From positions 1 to 29,364 of the forward strand of contig JAVYLZ010000001.1 in the NCBI GenBank assembly GCA_038740245.1: a stretch of DNA of 29,364 bases, given 5' to 3'. The notes below the pieces were generated by a model. That model was not told the origin of the DNA, made no database searches, and worked only from the letters and a program-made list of their open reading frames with translations. Below, in pieces: positions 8,782 through 16,693 of the stretch (the stretch's first letter is position 1; every line of letters starts with the position of its first letter). This DNA comes from Candidatus Micrarchaeia archaeon (GTDB taxonomy: Archaea; Micrarchaeota; Micrarchaeia; CAILAH01). A program made the position numbers and the translations under genes.

Positions 8782-10536
8782 ATGGCCCAGAGAAGGATTG
8801 CAGTAATAGAGCGCAACAAATGCCTGCGCGAGAAGTGCGGCTACGTGTGCAAAAACGTGTGCCCGCTTGTGCGCATGGGCGAGGACTGCATAACTATTGA
8901 TGAGAAGGGGTATCCCGTAATAGATGAGAACATATGCTCCGGCTGCGGCATATGCCCTAAAAAATGCCCTGCTTCCTGCATTAACGTGATAAACCTTGCG
9001 GGCGAGGAGGGCGAGCCGCTGTTCCAGTACGGGCCAAACACCTTCCGGCTGTATAATTTTGCGGTGCCCAAGGACGGTGCGGTTGCCGCGCTCGTGGGCA
9101 GGAACGGCATCGGAAAGACCACTTTGCTTGAGATATTGTCCGGAAGGATGGTCCCAAATTTCTTTGAGTATGACAGACAGCATACGTGGAAGGATGTGGC
9201 TGCGCGCGTGCAGAACCGTGACCTGAAAAACTACTTTGAAAGGATGTCTGCGACGCACAGGATAAGCTACAAGCTGCAGAACGTTGAGCTGCTGGCACGC
9301 GCAGCCCCTGATAAGGAGGTGTATGAGGCCCTCACAGAGTTTGCGCCCAAGGAATCCGCAGAGGATATGATTGGCCGGCTTGCAATGGGCAGGTTTGCGC
9401 ATATGCGCCTGCGCGACCTCAGCGGCGGCGAGCTTCAAAAGGTTGCGATTGCAATAGCTATGCTGAAGCCCGCCAATCTCTACTTCTTTGATGAGCCGTC
9501 GGTATATCTGGACATATTTGAGCGGATGCGTGTTGCACGCGAGATATCCGCCCTCGCGGAGAAAGCAACTGTTATGGTTGTTGAGCACGACCTCGCACTG
9601 CTTGACTACCTTGCGCAGTACGTTTATGTGCTGTACGGTGAGCCGGGCGTATACGGCATTGTGAGCGGTGTAAAGAATGCGCGTGCGGGCATAAACGAGT
9701 TTATGGAGGGATACCTGCGGGACGAGAACGTGCGTTTTAGGGACCGCGAGTTGAGGATTGAGATGCATACCACTTCAGAATCCCGCAACAAGGTTATGCT
9801 GTCTTACGGCGCAATGCTAAAGAAATACGGCAAATTTACACTAAATGTTGAGCCGGGCGAGATGCGGAAAGGGGAAGTTATTGGGGTTGTAGGGCCCAAT
9901 GCGATTGGTAAATCAACCTTTGTCAAGCTCATTGCCGGTGCGGAGAGGCCGGATGAAGGCGAGGCGCCCGCCGGGCTTAAGGTCTCATACAAGCCGCAGT
10001 ATATAACATTTGATTTTGACGGGACCGTGCAGCAGTACGTGCTTGAGCGCAAGATTGACGCTTCATACGTAAAAGAGCTGGAGCTGGGCGTGATTTCGCA
10101 CAAGCCGGTGCGCTCGCTCAGCGGCGGTGAGACACAGCGGCTGGCGGTCGCAGAGGCGCTCTCCGCAAGCGCGGACATCTATCTCCTTGACGAGCCGTCA
10201 GCATTTTTGGATGTTGAGCAGAGGATGCGGCTCTCCGCAATAATCAGGCGGGACATTGCTGACAAGGAAAGGATTGCGCTGGTTGTGGACCACGACATAG
10301 TGTTCGTTGACTCAATATCAAGCAGGATAATACGGTTCACGGGCGAATCATCTGTGCATGGCACTGCTAGCAGTCCCTCCGGCAAGGTTGAGGCGATGAA
10401 CTCGTTTTTGGAAAGCCTGGACATAACGCTGCGCAGGGACCCTGACACTAACAGGCCGCGCATAAACAAGAAGGGCTCGGTGCTTGACCGCGAGCAGCGT
10501 GCCGCGCGCAACTACTATTACTACACATCTGATTAG
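8782..10536 (+). CDS. abce1: ABCE1/RLI ribosome-recycling ATPase
   Basis: N-terminal 2x[4Fe-4S] Cys pattern (CGYVCKNVCP, CSGCGICPKKCP), two NBDs (GRNGIGKT/LSGGELQ/FFDEPS/VEHD and GPNAIGKST/LSGGETQ/LLDEPS/VDHD), C-terminal RPRINK...DREQ...YYY. Confidence 0.98.
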   Translation: MAQRRIAVIERNKCLREKCGYVCKNVCPLVRMGEDCITIDEKGYPVIDENICSGCGICPKKCPASCINVINLAGEEGEPLFQYGPNTFRLYNFAVPKDGAVAALVGRNGIGKTTLLEILSGRMVPNFFEYDRQHTWKDVAARVQNRDLKNYFERMSATHRISYKLQNVELLARAAPDKEVYEALTEFAPKESAEDMIGRLAMGRFAHMRLRDLSGGELQKVAIAIAMLKPANLYFFDEPSVYLDIFERMRVAREISALAEKATVMVVEHDLALLDYLAQYVYVLYGEPGVYGIVSGVKNARAGINEFMEGYLRDENVRFRDRELRIEMHTTSESRNKVMLSYGAMLKKYGKFTLNVEPGEMRKGEVIGVVGPNAIGKSTFVKLIAGAERPDEGEAPAGLKVSYKPQYITFDFDGTVQQYVLERKIDASYVKELELGVISHKPVRSLSGGETQRLAVAEALSASADIYLLDEPSAFLDVEQRMRLSAIIRRDIADKERIALVVDHDIVFVDSISSRIIRFTGESSVHGTASSPSGKVEAMNSFLESLDITLRRDPDTNRPRINKKGSVLDREQRAARNYYYYTSD

Positions 10537-10567
10537 CGCGCACCCAGCAACTCCTTGCTATCAGGGT

Positions 10568-11035
10568 TCAGGCAAGCCTGTCAAGCACAAGGTGTGATGC
10601 ATATCCTAAAAATGCGGCCACTGCGAGCACGGGCGCATGTGCAATCCCGAGAATCGCAAGCGCAACGAAAAGGGCGAGCGCCGCGCCCGCACCGAACAGG
10701 TACGTGTGCATAATGCCCCTGTGCCGCGGGATTGCGAGCTCGCTGATTGCAGCGAGAGGGATTGCAAATGCCGCGGCAATTGCAAGCGAGTAAAGCAGGC
10801 CCACGCCAAGCACCTGCGCTGAAACAACGAAAAGCAAAATTGCAAGTGCAAGCGGCATAATTCTTCTGTAGTATTTCCTTGCGGTTGCCCTCTCATGGTC
10901 CAAATCAGGCAGGAATGAAAAGATGAACGCGATAATGCCAGCACCCGCCTTAACCTCAAGCGGCCCGCTAACTAATGAAGCTATGGCAATACCCGCAAGC
11001 GCGCCGGCTGCTGAATGTGCAAGTGCGTTTGGCAT
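10568..11035 (-). CDS. Membrane-bound metal-dependent hydrolase (YdjM/DUF457-like)
   Basis: N-terminal H, LPDLDH, HRGIMHT and SHLVLD motifs in a hydrophobic protein. Confidence 0.88.
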   Translation of the reverse strand: MPNALAHSAAGALAGIAIASLVSGPLEVKAGAGIIAFIFSFLPDLDHERATARKYYRRIMPLALAILLFVVSAQVLGVGLLYSLAIAAAFAIPLAAISELAIPRHRGIMHTYLFGAGAALALFVALAILGIAHAPVLAVAAFLGYASHLVLDRLA

Positions 11036-11067
11036 CGCAATAAATATGCAGGCACTCTTTTAATGGC

Positions 11068-11649
11068 TTAATCGTAGTAAAGCCCGCGCTTAGGCGTCCG
11101 CTTGCCACCCTTCATGCGCAGGTAAATGTATGATTTCTTTTGGCCGTACAGGTGCGCCCATGTAGCGGCGGTCCTGCCAAGGTTGTCCTGCAAATTCACG
11201 TGGGCCCCCGCCTTTATGAGGGAATCAATAATGTGCAGGTTGCCGCACATTGCGGCGAGCATAAGCGGCGTCCTTCCAACATATGAAACTGCATTGACGT
11301 TTGCACCGTTTTTGATAAGCAGCTGTGCAATTTCAGTGTTGTTTGAGCTGCATGCAAGGCACAGCGGAGTCCAGCCAACCCTGCTTGCGGCGTTAACGTC
11401 CGCACCCTTTTCAATGAGCAGTGAAACAATCTCCTTTTTGCCCATCCGTGCGGCCACCATAAGCGGCGTCTGGTCGTTGAACAGCTCGCTGTTTATGGGA
11501 AAGCCGCCGTCAATTATTTTTGCAACGCGTGCGGCATCGCCGCGCGATATTGCAGCATAAAGCATTTTGCAGGTCGCCTGATGGTCAAGCGGCCCCGGCC
11601 ATTTTGGCCTGTGTTCCTTTGTGACTTTTTCCGTTATCTTGATGTCCAT
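11068..11649 (-). CDS. Ankyrin-repeat protein
   Basis: TPLMVAA, TPLCLAC, TPLMLAA repeats with LIxxGAxVN; about 4-5 repeats including degenerate caps. Confidence 0.95.
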   Translation of the reverse strand: MDIKITEKVTKEHRPKWPGPLDHQATCKMLYAAISRGDAARVAKIIDGGFPINSELFNDQTPLMVAARMGKKEIVSLLIEKGADVNAASRVGWTPLCLACSSNNTEIAQLLIKNGANVNAVSYVGRTPLMLAAMCGNLHIIDSLIKAGAHVNLQDNLGRTAATWAHLYGQKKSYIYLRMKGGKRTPKRGLYYD

Positions 11650-11724
11650 AGCGGCAATTAAAGGGGCTTAACCTCAAAAACGTTTTGGAAGGGGAAAAAG
11701 GAGAGGTGGAATATAATAAACGGT

Positions 11725-11805
11725 TTAGAACCCGCTCTCAAGGAACCTTACATTCCTTTTGCGGATCCAAATGCGGTCTGCACCGGGCCTAAATGCGCTG
11801 CTCAT
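11725..11805 (-). CDS. Candidate 26-aa small protein MSSAFRPGADRIWIRKRNVRFLESGF
   Basis: ATG-TAA ORF read by hand; AT-rich TATA-like block upstream (11825-11857) and pyrimidine-rich terminator-like tract downstream on the minus strand; no recognised homolog. Confidence 0.35.
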   Translation of the reverse strand: MSSAFRPGADRIWIRKRNVRFLESGF

Positions 11806-11857
11806 ATTTCATACCCTATCATACTTTTAACACAAAATCTTATAAGCTTTAAATAAA

Positions 11858-11956
11858 ATGGCTGGGGGAGGGCTACAGAACGCGTTGAGTGTGTGGTGGT
11901 CCCCCAGCCATCGCTCGCAGCATCCCTGGGAGGTGCAAGCGTTGATGGCCTGAGCG
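11858..11956. other. Tandem stem-loop element (candidate structured RNA or terminator)
   Basis: Perfect 12-bp inverted repeat atggctggggga (11858-11869) / tcccccagccat (11900-11911), immediately followed by a second stem cgctc...gagcg (11912-11956). Confidence 0.55.
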
Positions 11957-12061
11957 CTAAATAAGCACCATAACGCGGTGCTTGCGCTCAATTGCAAGGT
12001 CTTTCCCAGAGAGCATTCTCTCAAGGTCCTTCAGCTTAATGCCGTCCACTCCAAACTTCAC
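11957..12061 (-). CDS. Candidate 34-aa small protein MKFGVDGIKLKDLERMLSGKDLAIERKHRVMVLI
   Basis: GTG start 5 nt after a GGTGA Shine-Dalgarno (12067-12071); codon choice resembles neighbouring genes; 3' part of the 67-aa track ORF. Confidence 0.5.
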   Translation of the reverse strand: MKFGVDGIKLKDLERMLSGKDLAIERKHRVMVLI

Positions 12062-12160
12062 ATGCATCACCAAGAGCAGTTTTAGTGGGGGCATATATTG
12101 TGCTTGTGCAAGCGCCTTTCCAGTGTTTCCCGGTTTAGAAATGTTTATTAGAGGATACAT

Positions 12161-13408
12161 ATGCTAACAAATAGCATGAGCCAAGAGCTTGTGCAGCCGG
12201 CGGCGATGAGAAAAAGCCGGTTTGACCCATTCTTCTATGAGAAATCACTTTCAACCAAGCTGAAGCAGTGCGGCGTTGAAAAGGAGGTTCGGATGGCGGT
12301 GCGCTGCGACCCGCTTACTGGGTTTGCTGCGTACCTCTCAGAGGAGCGTGCCAAAAGGAAAATGCAGATACTGCGCACGCACATACATTACGAGAAGAAT
12401 TGCGATTTCTGCAACCCGTATACCAATACCCCAGAACCGCGCAAGCACCATGAGGGCGGTGCGGTAAGCGTCCCAAACTTTTATCCTTGGTGGCTGTGCC
12501 AGTTCGTAACGATATATCCGCCGTTCAGGAGGGAGGGGGAGACCGGCGAGGTGTTACACCGCCTGTTCCCGTCCGAGCTAGACCAGAAGGACCTGACATC
12601 AATGGTTGAGTCCATGTGGGACCTTGCAAATTATGCCTATGCACAGCGTGCCCAGTCGTTTCTCTCATTTATGAACTGGGGGCCCTATGCGGGCGCATCA
12701 CGGCAGCACCCCCATTCACAGTTCACATTTATGGAATACGGCGGCCCCATATTCTCGCTGCTCAGGCTTGAGATGGACAGGGCACGGGAGTACTATCTTG
12801 AGACCGGCCGCAACATATACGACGACTACATTGCATATGAGGAAAGCGGCGCCGCACGCAAAATTTACAGCGACGGTGAGGTGTATATCGGCGCGCCCTT
12901 TGCACCCCGCTTTACCGATGAGATTATAATAATCCCAAAGCTGCCTGTATCTTCAATCTTGGGCCTGGAATCACGCGAGCACAGGCAGTCGCTTATACAG
13001 CCCGCATGGGGCATATTCCCGTTCCTTTACTTTTACAGATCAGTTGCCAACTTCAACGTAGTTGCCCACAACGCGCCGATAGTGCAGGTTGAGGAGGATG
13101 CGGAGCACGGCATATCTCCGGACAAGTATTACAGGATGCACTTCCACATTTTACCGCGCAGGGGCTCGCTCCCAATTGAGATTGCAGGTGCGGAAGTGGG
13201 TGCGCTGGGCTCAGTGCTCTCAAAGTATCCCGAGGATACTGCAGCTTCCGCACGCAAGTGGTATGCCGGCCCAAGCGAGGATGAGATTCCGAAAAAGCTT
13301 GTGCGCGAAGGCGAAGCGGCGGTTGAGATACCAGACGAGGAGCTTATAGAGCAGTTCAGGGCCTGCATGAGGTCCATGCCCCAGCAGCAGTTTTACTGGA
13401 TAGAATAA
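12161..13408 (+). CDS. GalT-like (HIT superfamily) sugar-1-phosphate nucleotidyltransferase
   Basis: DPLTG, ERAKR, CDFC, VPNFYP, catalytic NWGPYAGASRQHPHSQ (HxHxQ), PFAPRF and HFHILPR motifs; start could be 12176 or 12206. Confidence 0.85.
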   Translation: MLTNSMSQELVQPAAMRKSRFDPFFYEKSLSTKLKQCGVEKEVRMAVRCDPLTGFAAYLSEERAKRKMQILRTHIHYEKNCDFCNPYTNTPEPRKHHEGGAVSVPNFYPWWLCQFVTIYPPFRREGETGEVLHRLFPSELDQKDLTSMVESMWDLANYAYAQRAQSFLSFMNWGPYAGASRQHPHSQFTFMEYGGPIFSLLRLEMDRAREYYLETGRNIYDDYIAYEESGAARKIYSDGEVYIGAPFAPRFTDEIIIIPKLPVSSILGLESREHRQSLIQPAWGIFPFLYFYRSVANFNVVAHNAPIVQVEEDAEHGISPDKYYRMHFHILPRRGSLPIEIAGAEVGALGSVLSKYPEDTAASARKWYAGPSEDEIPKKLVREGEAAVEIPDEELIEQFRACMRSMPQQQFYWIE

Positions 13409-13413
13409 GTCGT

Positions 13414-13575
13414 TTATTGCTTTTCCTTTGCTGGCTTAGGATTGGCTTCCTTCGTCTGTAAAGAGTTAGGCCGTATATCCTCTTTCTTCTCAGCATCAAA
13501 AAGCAGGCGGGCCTTTCTCCCGCTGCGTATCTTCTTCTGCAGCTTCTTCCTGTGGGTGCTGTTAGTGCCAGACAT
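13414..13575 (-). CDS. Small basic hypothetical protein, 53 aa (MSGTNSTHRKKLQKKIRSGRKARL...)
   Basis: Fills the gap exactly, starting 16 nt after the RNR stop and ending 5 nt from the convergent GalT-like stop; Lys/Arg-rich. Confidence 0.6.
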   Translation of the reverse strand: MSGTNSTHRKKLQKKIRSGRKARLLFDAEKKEDIRPNSLQTKEANPKPAKEKQ

Positions 13576-13591
13576 ACGCTTCACATTCCAT

Positions 13592-16363
13592 TCAGGATAT
13601 GGTGCACGCGCTCCAGCCGCACTCTTTGCACGCCACGCAGCCCGACTCATTGTGTATGTTCTTGCTTTCGCAGGCGGGGCAGCTCTCAAAATTGTGCCTC
13701 ACTTTCTTTGCCTCCTTTACGAGCGGTGCTATTGCTTTCTCAAGCTTTTGCTGGTCAGGAAGTATGTCCGCTTCAACAACCGTCTCTGCACCAGCCCCGT
13801 TTATGCTGAGCTGGACAAGCGTGGCGCCGACCGCACTGCCCAGCGCGGCTGCAGTTGCAGGCGCAGCCATTGCGGCCTGTGCCCTGGGCAGCGGCAGCTT
13901 TATGTAATCACGCAGGTAGGCCTTCTCTGAAACAAGGCGTTCAATTGCAGAGAGCGTGTACGCGCTCACTTCCGCCTTGAACTTCTTTTCCTTGACATCT
14001 GCGTTTATGTTGAGCACCTGCTTGCTCTTTGACTCGTCGCGGTATATTGTTATGCCCTTGCAGCCAAGCTCATGCGCCATCAGGTATGCCTGCTCAACAT
14101 CCTCAACCGTTATGTCAGAGGGCATGTTGATGGTCTTGCTTATTGAGTCGGTGACCCACAGCTGCATAACCGCCTGTGCCATTATGTGGTCTGCCCAGTG
14201 GATATCCATTGCCGTTACGAAAACATCCTTGATTTCGCGGGGGACGGCATCATCGGGCAGGCCCTGCACGCTGCCGTAGTTCTCAACGATTGACTTCACG
14301 AGGTCGTTTGAGTACAGGTTGCGCTTCTTCAGCTCCTCCTCAAATATCTCGTTCGTGTAGTAGAATGAGCCCACCGACACGCGCTTCTCAAATGCCAGCG
14401 AGAATACGGGCTCAATGCCGGTGCTTGCATCGGCAATCATGCCTATGGAGCCGGTCGGGGGCGCGGTTGTGACCATTGCGTTGCGTAGGCCGTTCTCCTT
14501 TATCTTTATGACCAGCGCGTCCCAGTCAAGCGTCCACTCCTCCCTCCTGTAGTAGCCCTCAATTGGCAGCTCGCCCTTCGTGTAATCGGTCATCTCGTAC
14601 AGCGGGAAAGTGCCGCGCTCGGAGGCAACCTGGACCGACTCCTCGTATGAATAGTATGTCAGGTGCTCTGCAAGCCTCTTCATAAACGCAAATCCCTGCT
14701 CGCTGTTGTACCGTATCTTGAGCATGAACAGCGCATTTGCGACGCCCATCAGCCCAACGCCAATCCTGCGCGTTTTCTTTGTTGTCCTGTCAATCTCCTC
14801 AAGCGGGTACTTGTTTATACTTATAACATTGTCAAGCGTGCGCGCAACAAAGCGGACAACCTTGTCAAAGCGCTCCCAGTCAAATACATATTTGCCGTCC
14901 TTGCCCTTGACCACGAAGTTGCCCGCGTTTATGCTTGCAAGGTTGCAGGACTCGTATGGGTAAAGCGGTTCCTCACCGCAGGGGTTGGTGACTTTAACAT
15001 CGCCGCGGAAGGACCTCATCACGTTCCTGCGGTTTGTGTTGTCAAAGAACAGCACGCCGGGGTCTGCAGTTGCCCATGCATTGTATGCGATGAGATTGAA
15101 CAGCTTGCGCGGGTCAACCGTGCGGACAACCTTGCCGGTCTTCGGGTGCCTGAGCGGGTAGTCCTCGCCCTTCTCAAAGTATTCCCAGAAGTCCGCGTTT
15201 ATGCCCACTGATATGTTGAAGTTCTCAAGCACACCATCTTTCTGCTTAGAGGTTATGAACCGCTCAATGTCCGGGTGCCATACCTCAAGTATGCCCATGT
15301 TGGCCGCACGGCGCACACCGCCCTGCTTTATCACATCGGCAACCGCATCAATCATCTTCATGAATGAGATTGGGCCGCTGGCAACGCCCGTCGTGGACGC
15401 GACAACATCTCCCTCCTGCCTGAGCTTTGAGAAGTTCATGCCAGTGCCGCCGCCGCTCTTGTGCACCATTGCACAGTCGTGCGCGAGCTTCATGATGGAC
15501 TCCATATTGTCCTCAACGTCAAGCGTGAAGCACGCGGACAGCATGCCCAGCCGCCTGCCCGCATTCACAAGCGTTGGCGTGTTTGGCATAAAGTCCTTGT
15601 TGACCATAAGGTCAAACACCTGCTGTGCAACCTCCTCCGCCTTCCTGAACTCGCGCGCCTCAAGCATCTCAAGCAAACGCTTGAAGGGCACCCTCATCCT
15701 GCCTTCCGCGGCAAGCTCGCTGTAAAGCGCAATCATGCGCTCAAAATGCCACTTGTTTATTGGCCAGCCGTTCAATGAGTACTTGCAGTCATAGTTGTCC
15801 AGCTTTGAGGAATAGGCACCCAGCTCAATATCCGCATCCTCACGCCGCACCTCATACTTTGCCTCCTTGCTGAACACGCGCGGGTCGTAAAACACTTCAG
15901 GCAGCGCCATCGCCACAGCAACGCGCTGGAACAGCTGTGCAGGCGTCTCGGTAGGGATTCCCTTCTCATCCTTCACAAGATACCTCGCGGCAAGCAGGCG
16001 CAGCGCGTTCACGCTGAATTTTTTGTCAATCTCGTCAAGCTCGGACTTGCCGAGCACCTTTTTCTTCTCTTCGCGTATCTCGGTCTTCTTGCTCCTGTAA
16101 AGTATGTAGGCCTTTGCGACCTCAAACATCCTGTTCTTCATCAGGGACACTTCAATTATGTCCTGCACTTCCTCAACAGTGGGGGTCTTGTCCCTGAATA
16201 CCTCGCCTATTGTGGCCGTGACATCGCCAACCACCTTGCTGAGCGCGTCGGGGCTGTAAACGCCCTTGGCAACCATCGCCTTGCGTATTGAGCTGCGTAT
16301 GCGCTCCACATCAAAAGGGACTTCCCTGCCATCCCTCTTTATAATTGTAGCCGGATAACTCAT
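13592..16363 (-). CDS. nrdJ: Class II (adenosylcobalamin-dependent) ribonucleotide reductase with ATP cone and C-terminal Zn ribbon
   Basis: IIKRDGREVPFD ATP cone, FMPNTPTL, LSACF, GGGTG, RRAANM, TNPCGE, CNLASIN, APPTGS, SISKTIN, YRD, CPAC...CKECGWSAC; start set at MSYPAT (16363), with GGGGTG upstream. Confidence 0.96.
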   Translation of the reverse strand: MSYPATIIKRDGREVPFDVERIRSSIRKAMVAKGVYSPDALSKVVGDVTATIGEVFRDKTPTVEEVQDIIEVSLMKNRMFEVAKAYILYRSKKTEIREEKKKVLGKSELDEIDKKFSVNALRLLAARYLVKDEKGIPTETPAQLFQRVAVAMALPEVFYDPRVFSKEAKYEVRREDADIELGAYSSKLDNYDCKYSLNGWPINKWHFERMIALYSELAAEGRMRVPFKRLLEMLEAREFRKAEEVAQQVFDLMVNKDFMPNTPTLVNAGRRLGMLSACFTLDVEDNMESIMKLAHDCAMVHKSGGGTGMNFSKLRQEGDVVASTTGVASGPISFMKMIDAVADVIKQGGVRRAANMGILEVWHPDIERFITSKQKDGVLENFNISVGINADFWEYFEKGEDYPLRHPKTGKVVRTVDPRKLFNLIAYNAWATADPGVLFFDNTNRRNVMRSFRGDVKVTNPCGEEPLYPYESCNLASINAGNFVVKGKDGKYVFDWERFDKVVRFVARTLDNVISINKYPLEEIDRTTKKTRRIGVGLMGVANALFMLKIRYNSEQGFAFMKRLAEHLTYYSYEESVQVASERGTFPLYEMTDYTKGELPIEGYYRREEWTLDWDALVIKIKENGLRNAMVTTAPPTGSIGMIADASTGIEPVFSLAFEKRVSVGSFYYTNEIFEEELKKRNLYSNDLVKSIVENYGSVQGLPDDAVPREIKDVFVTAMDIHWADHIMAQAVMQLWVTDSISKTINMPSDITVEDVEQAYLMAHELGCKGITIYRDESKSKQVLNINADVKEKKFKAEVSAYTLSAIERLVSEKAYLRDYIKLPLPRAQAAMAAPATAAALGSAVGATLVQLSINGAGAETVVEADILPDQQKLEKAIAPLVKEAKKVRHNFESCPACESKNIHNESGCVACKECGWSACTIS

Positions 16364-16408
16364 GCCCACACCCCAAAAACACAACAGATATGCGTTTTGC
16401 AGGTTAGG

Positions 16409-16442
16409 TTTATATTCATGCCTTCTCAGGCGGTTTATAAAC
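16409..16442 (-). promoter_or_regulatory. TATA-box candidates for nrdJ
   Basis: Palindromic GTTTATAAAC at 16433-16442 and minus-strand AATATAAA at 16409-16416. Confidence 0.5.
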
Positions 16443-16584
16443 TGTCGGTGGTTCCGGCATATCGCCCCCATAAGCAAAAACGTGCCTAAAATTCCTTGTT
16501 TCAGCAAATACGGGCCTATAATGCCTTATTTTCAAAATAAGTGCTTGGGCGTTTTTATTTGATAGCCAACATTGCTCTAATCGC

Positions 16585-16614
16585 CCCGTTTCCCAAAATT
16601 TTTTGGAAAACGGG
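16585..16614. promoter_or_regulatory. Long imperfect palindrome (candidate operator) between divergent nrdJ and pyrH
   Basis: cccgtttcccaaaa-tt-ttttggaaaacggg, 14-bp arms with one mismatch, about 10 nt before TATATATA (16624-16631). Confidence 0.5.
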
Positions 16615-16693
16615 TGAAAAATGTATATATAGGGCCGGCAAGCCCGAAAACGCAGCCCCCACATTTTTAACCTTGCCCGCCTAATCCTCCCTT

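Noticed and set aside
11870..11959. Amber readthrough or fluoride riboswitch at the hairpins after the 34-aa ORF
   Set aside because: The readthrough frame soon hits another TAG and looks non-coding; fluoride riboswitch core pairing could not be built
16364..16507. 48-aa N-terminal extension of RNR in the ORF track
   Set aside because: TTG start in promoter-like AT-rich DNA; the ATP cone begins right after the ATG at 16363
16364..16560. Cobalamin riboswitch or NrdR box upstream of nrdJ
   Set aside because: No B12-box/GGGAA core recognised; acacaacagatatgcgt only loosely resembles an NrdR box and has the wrong spacing
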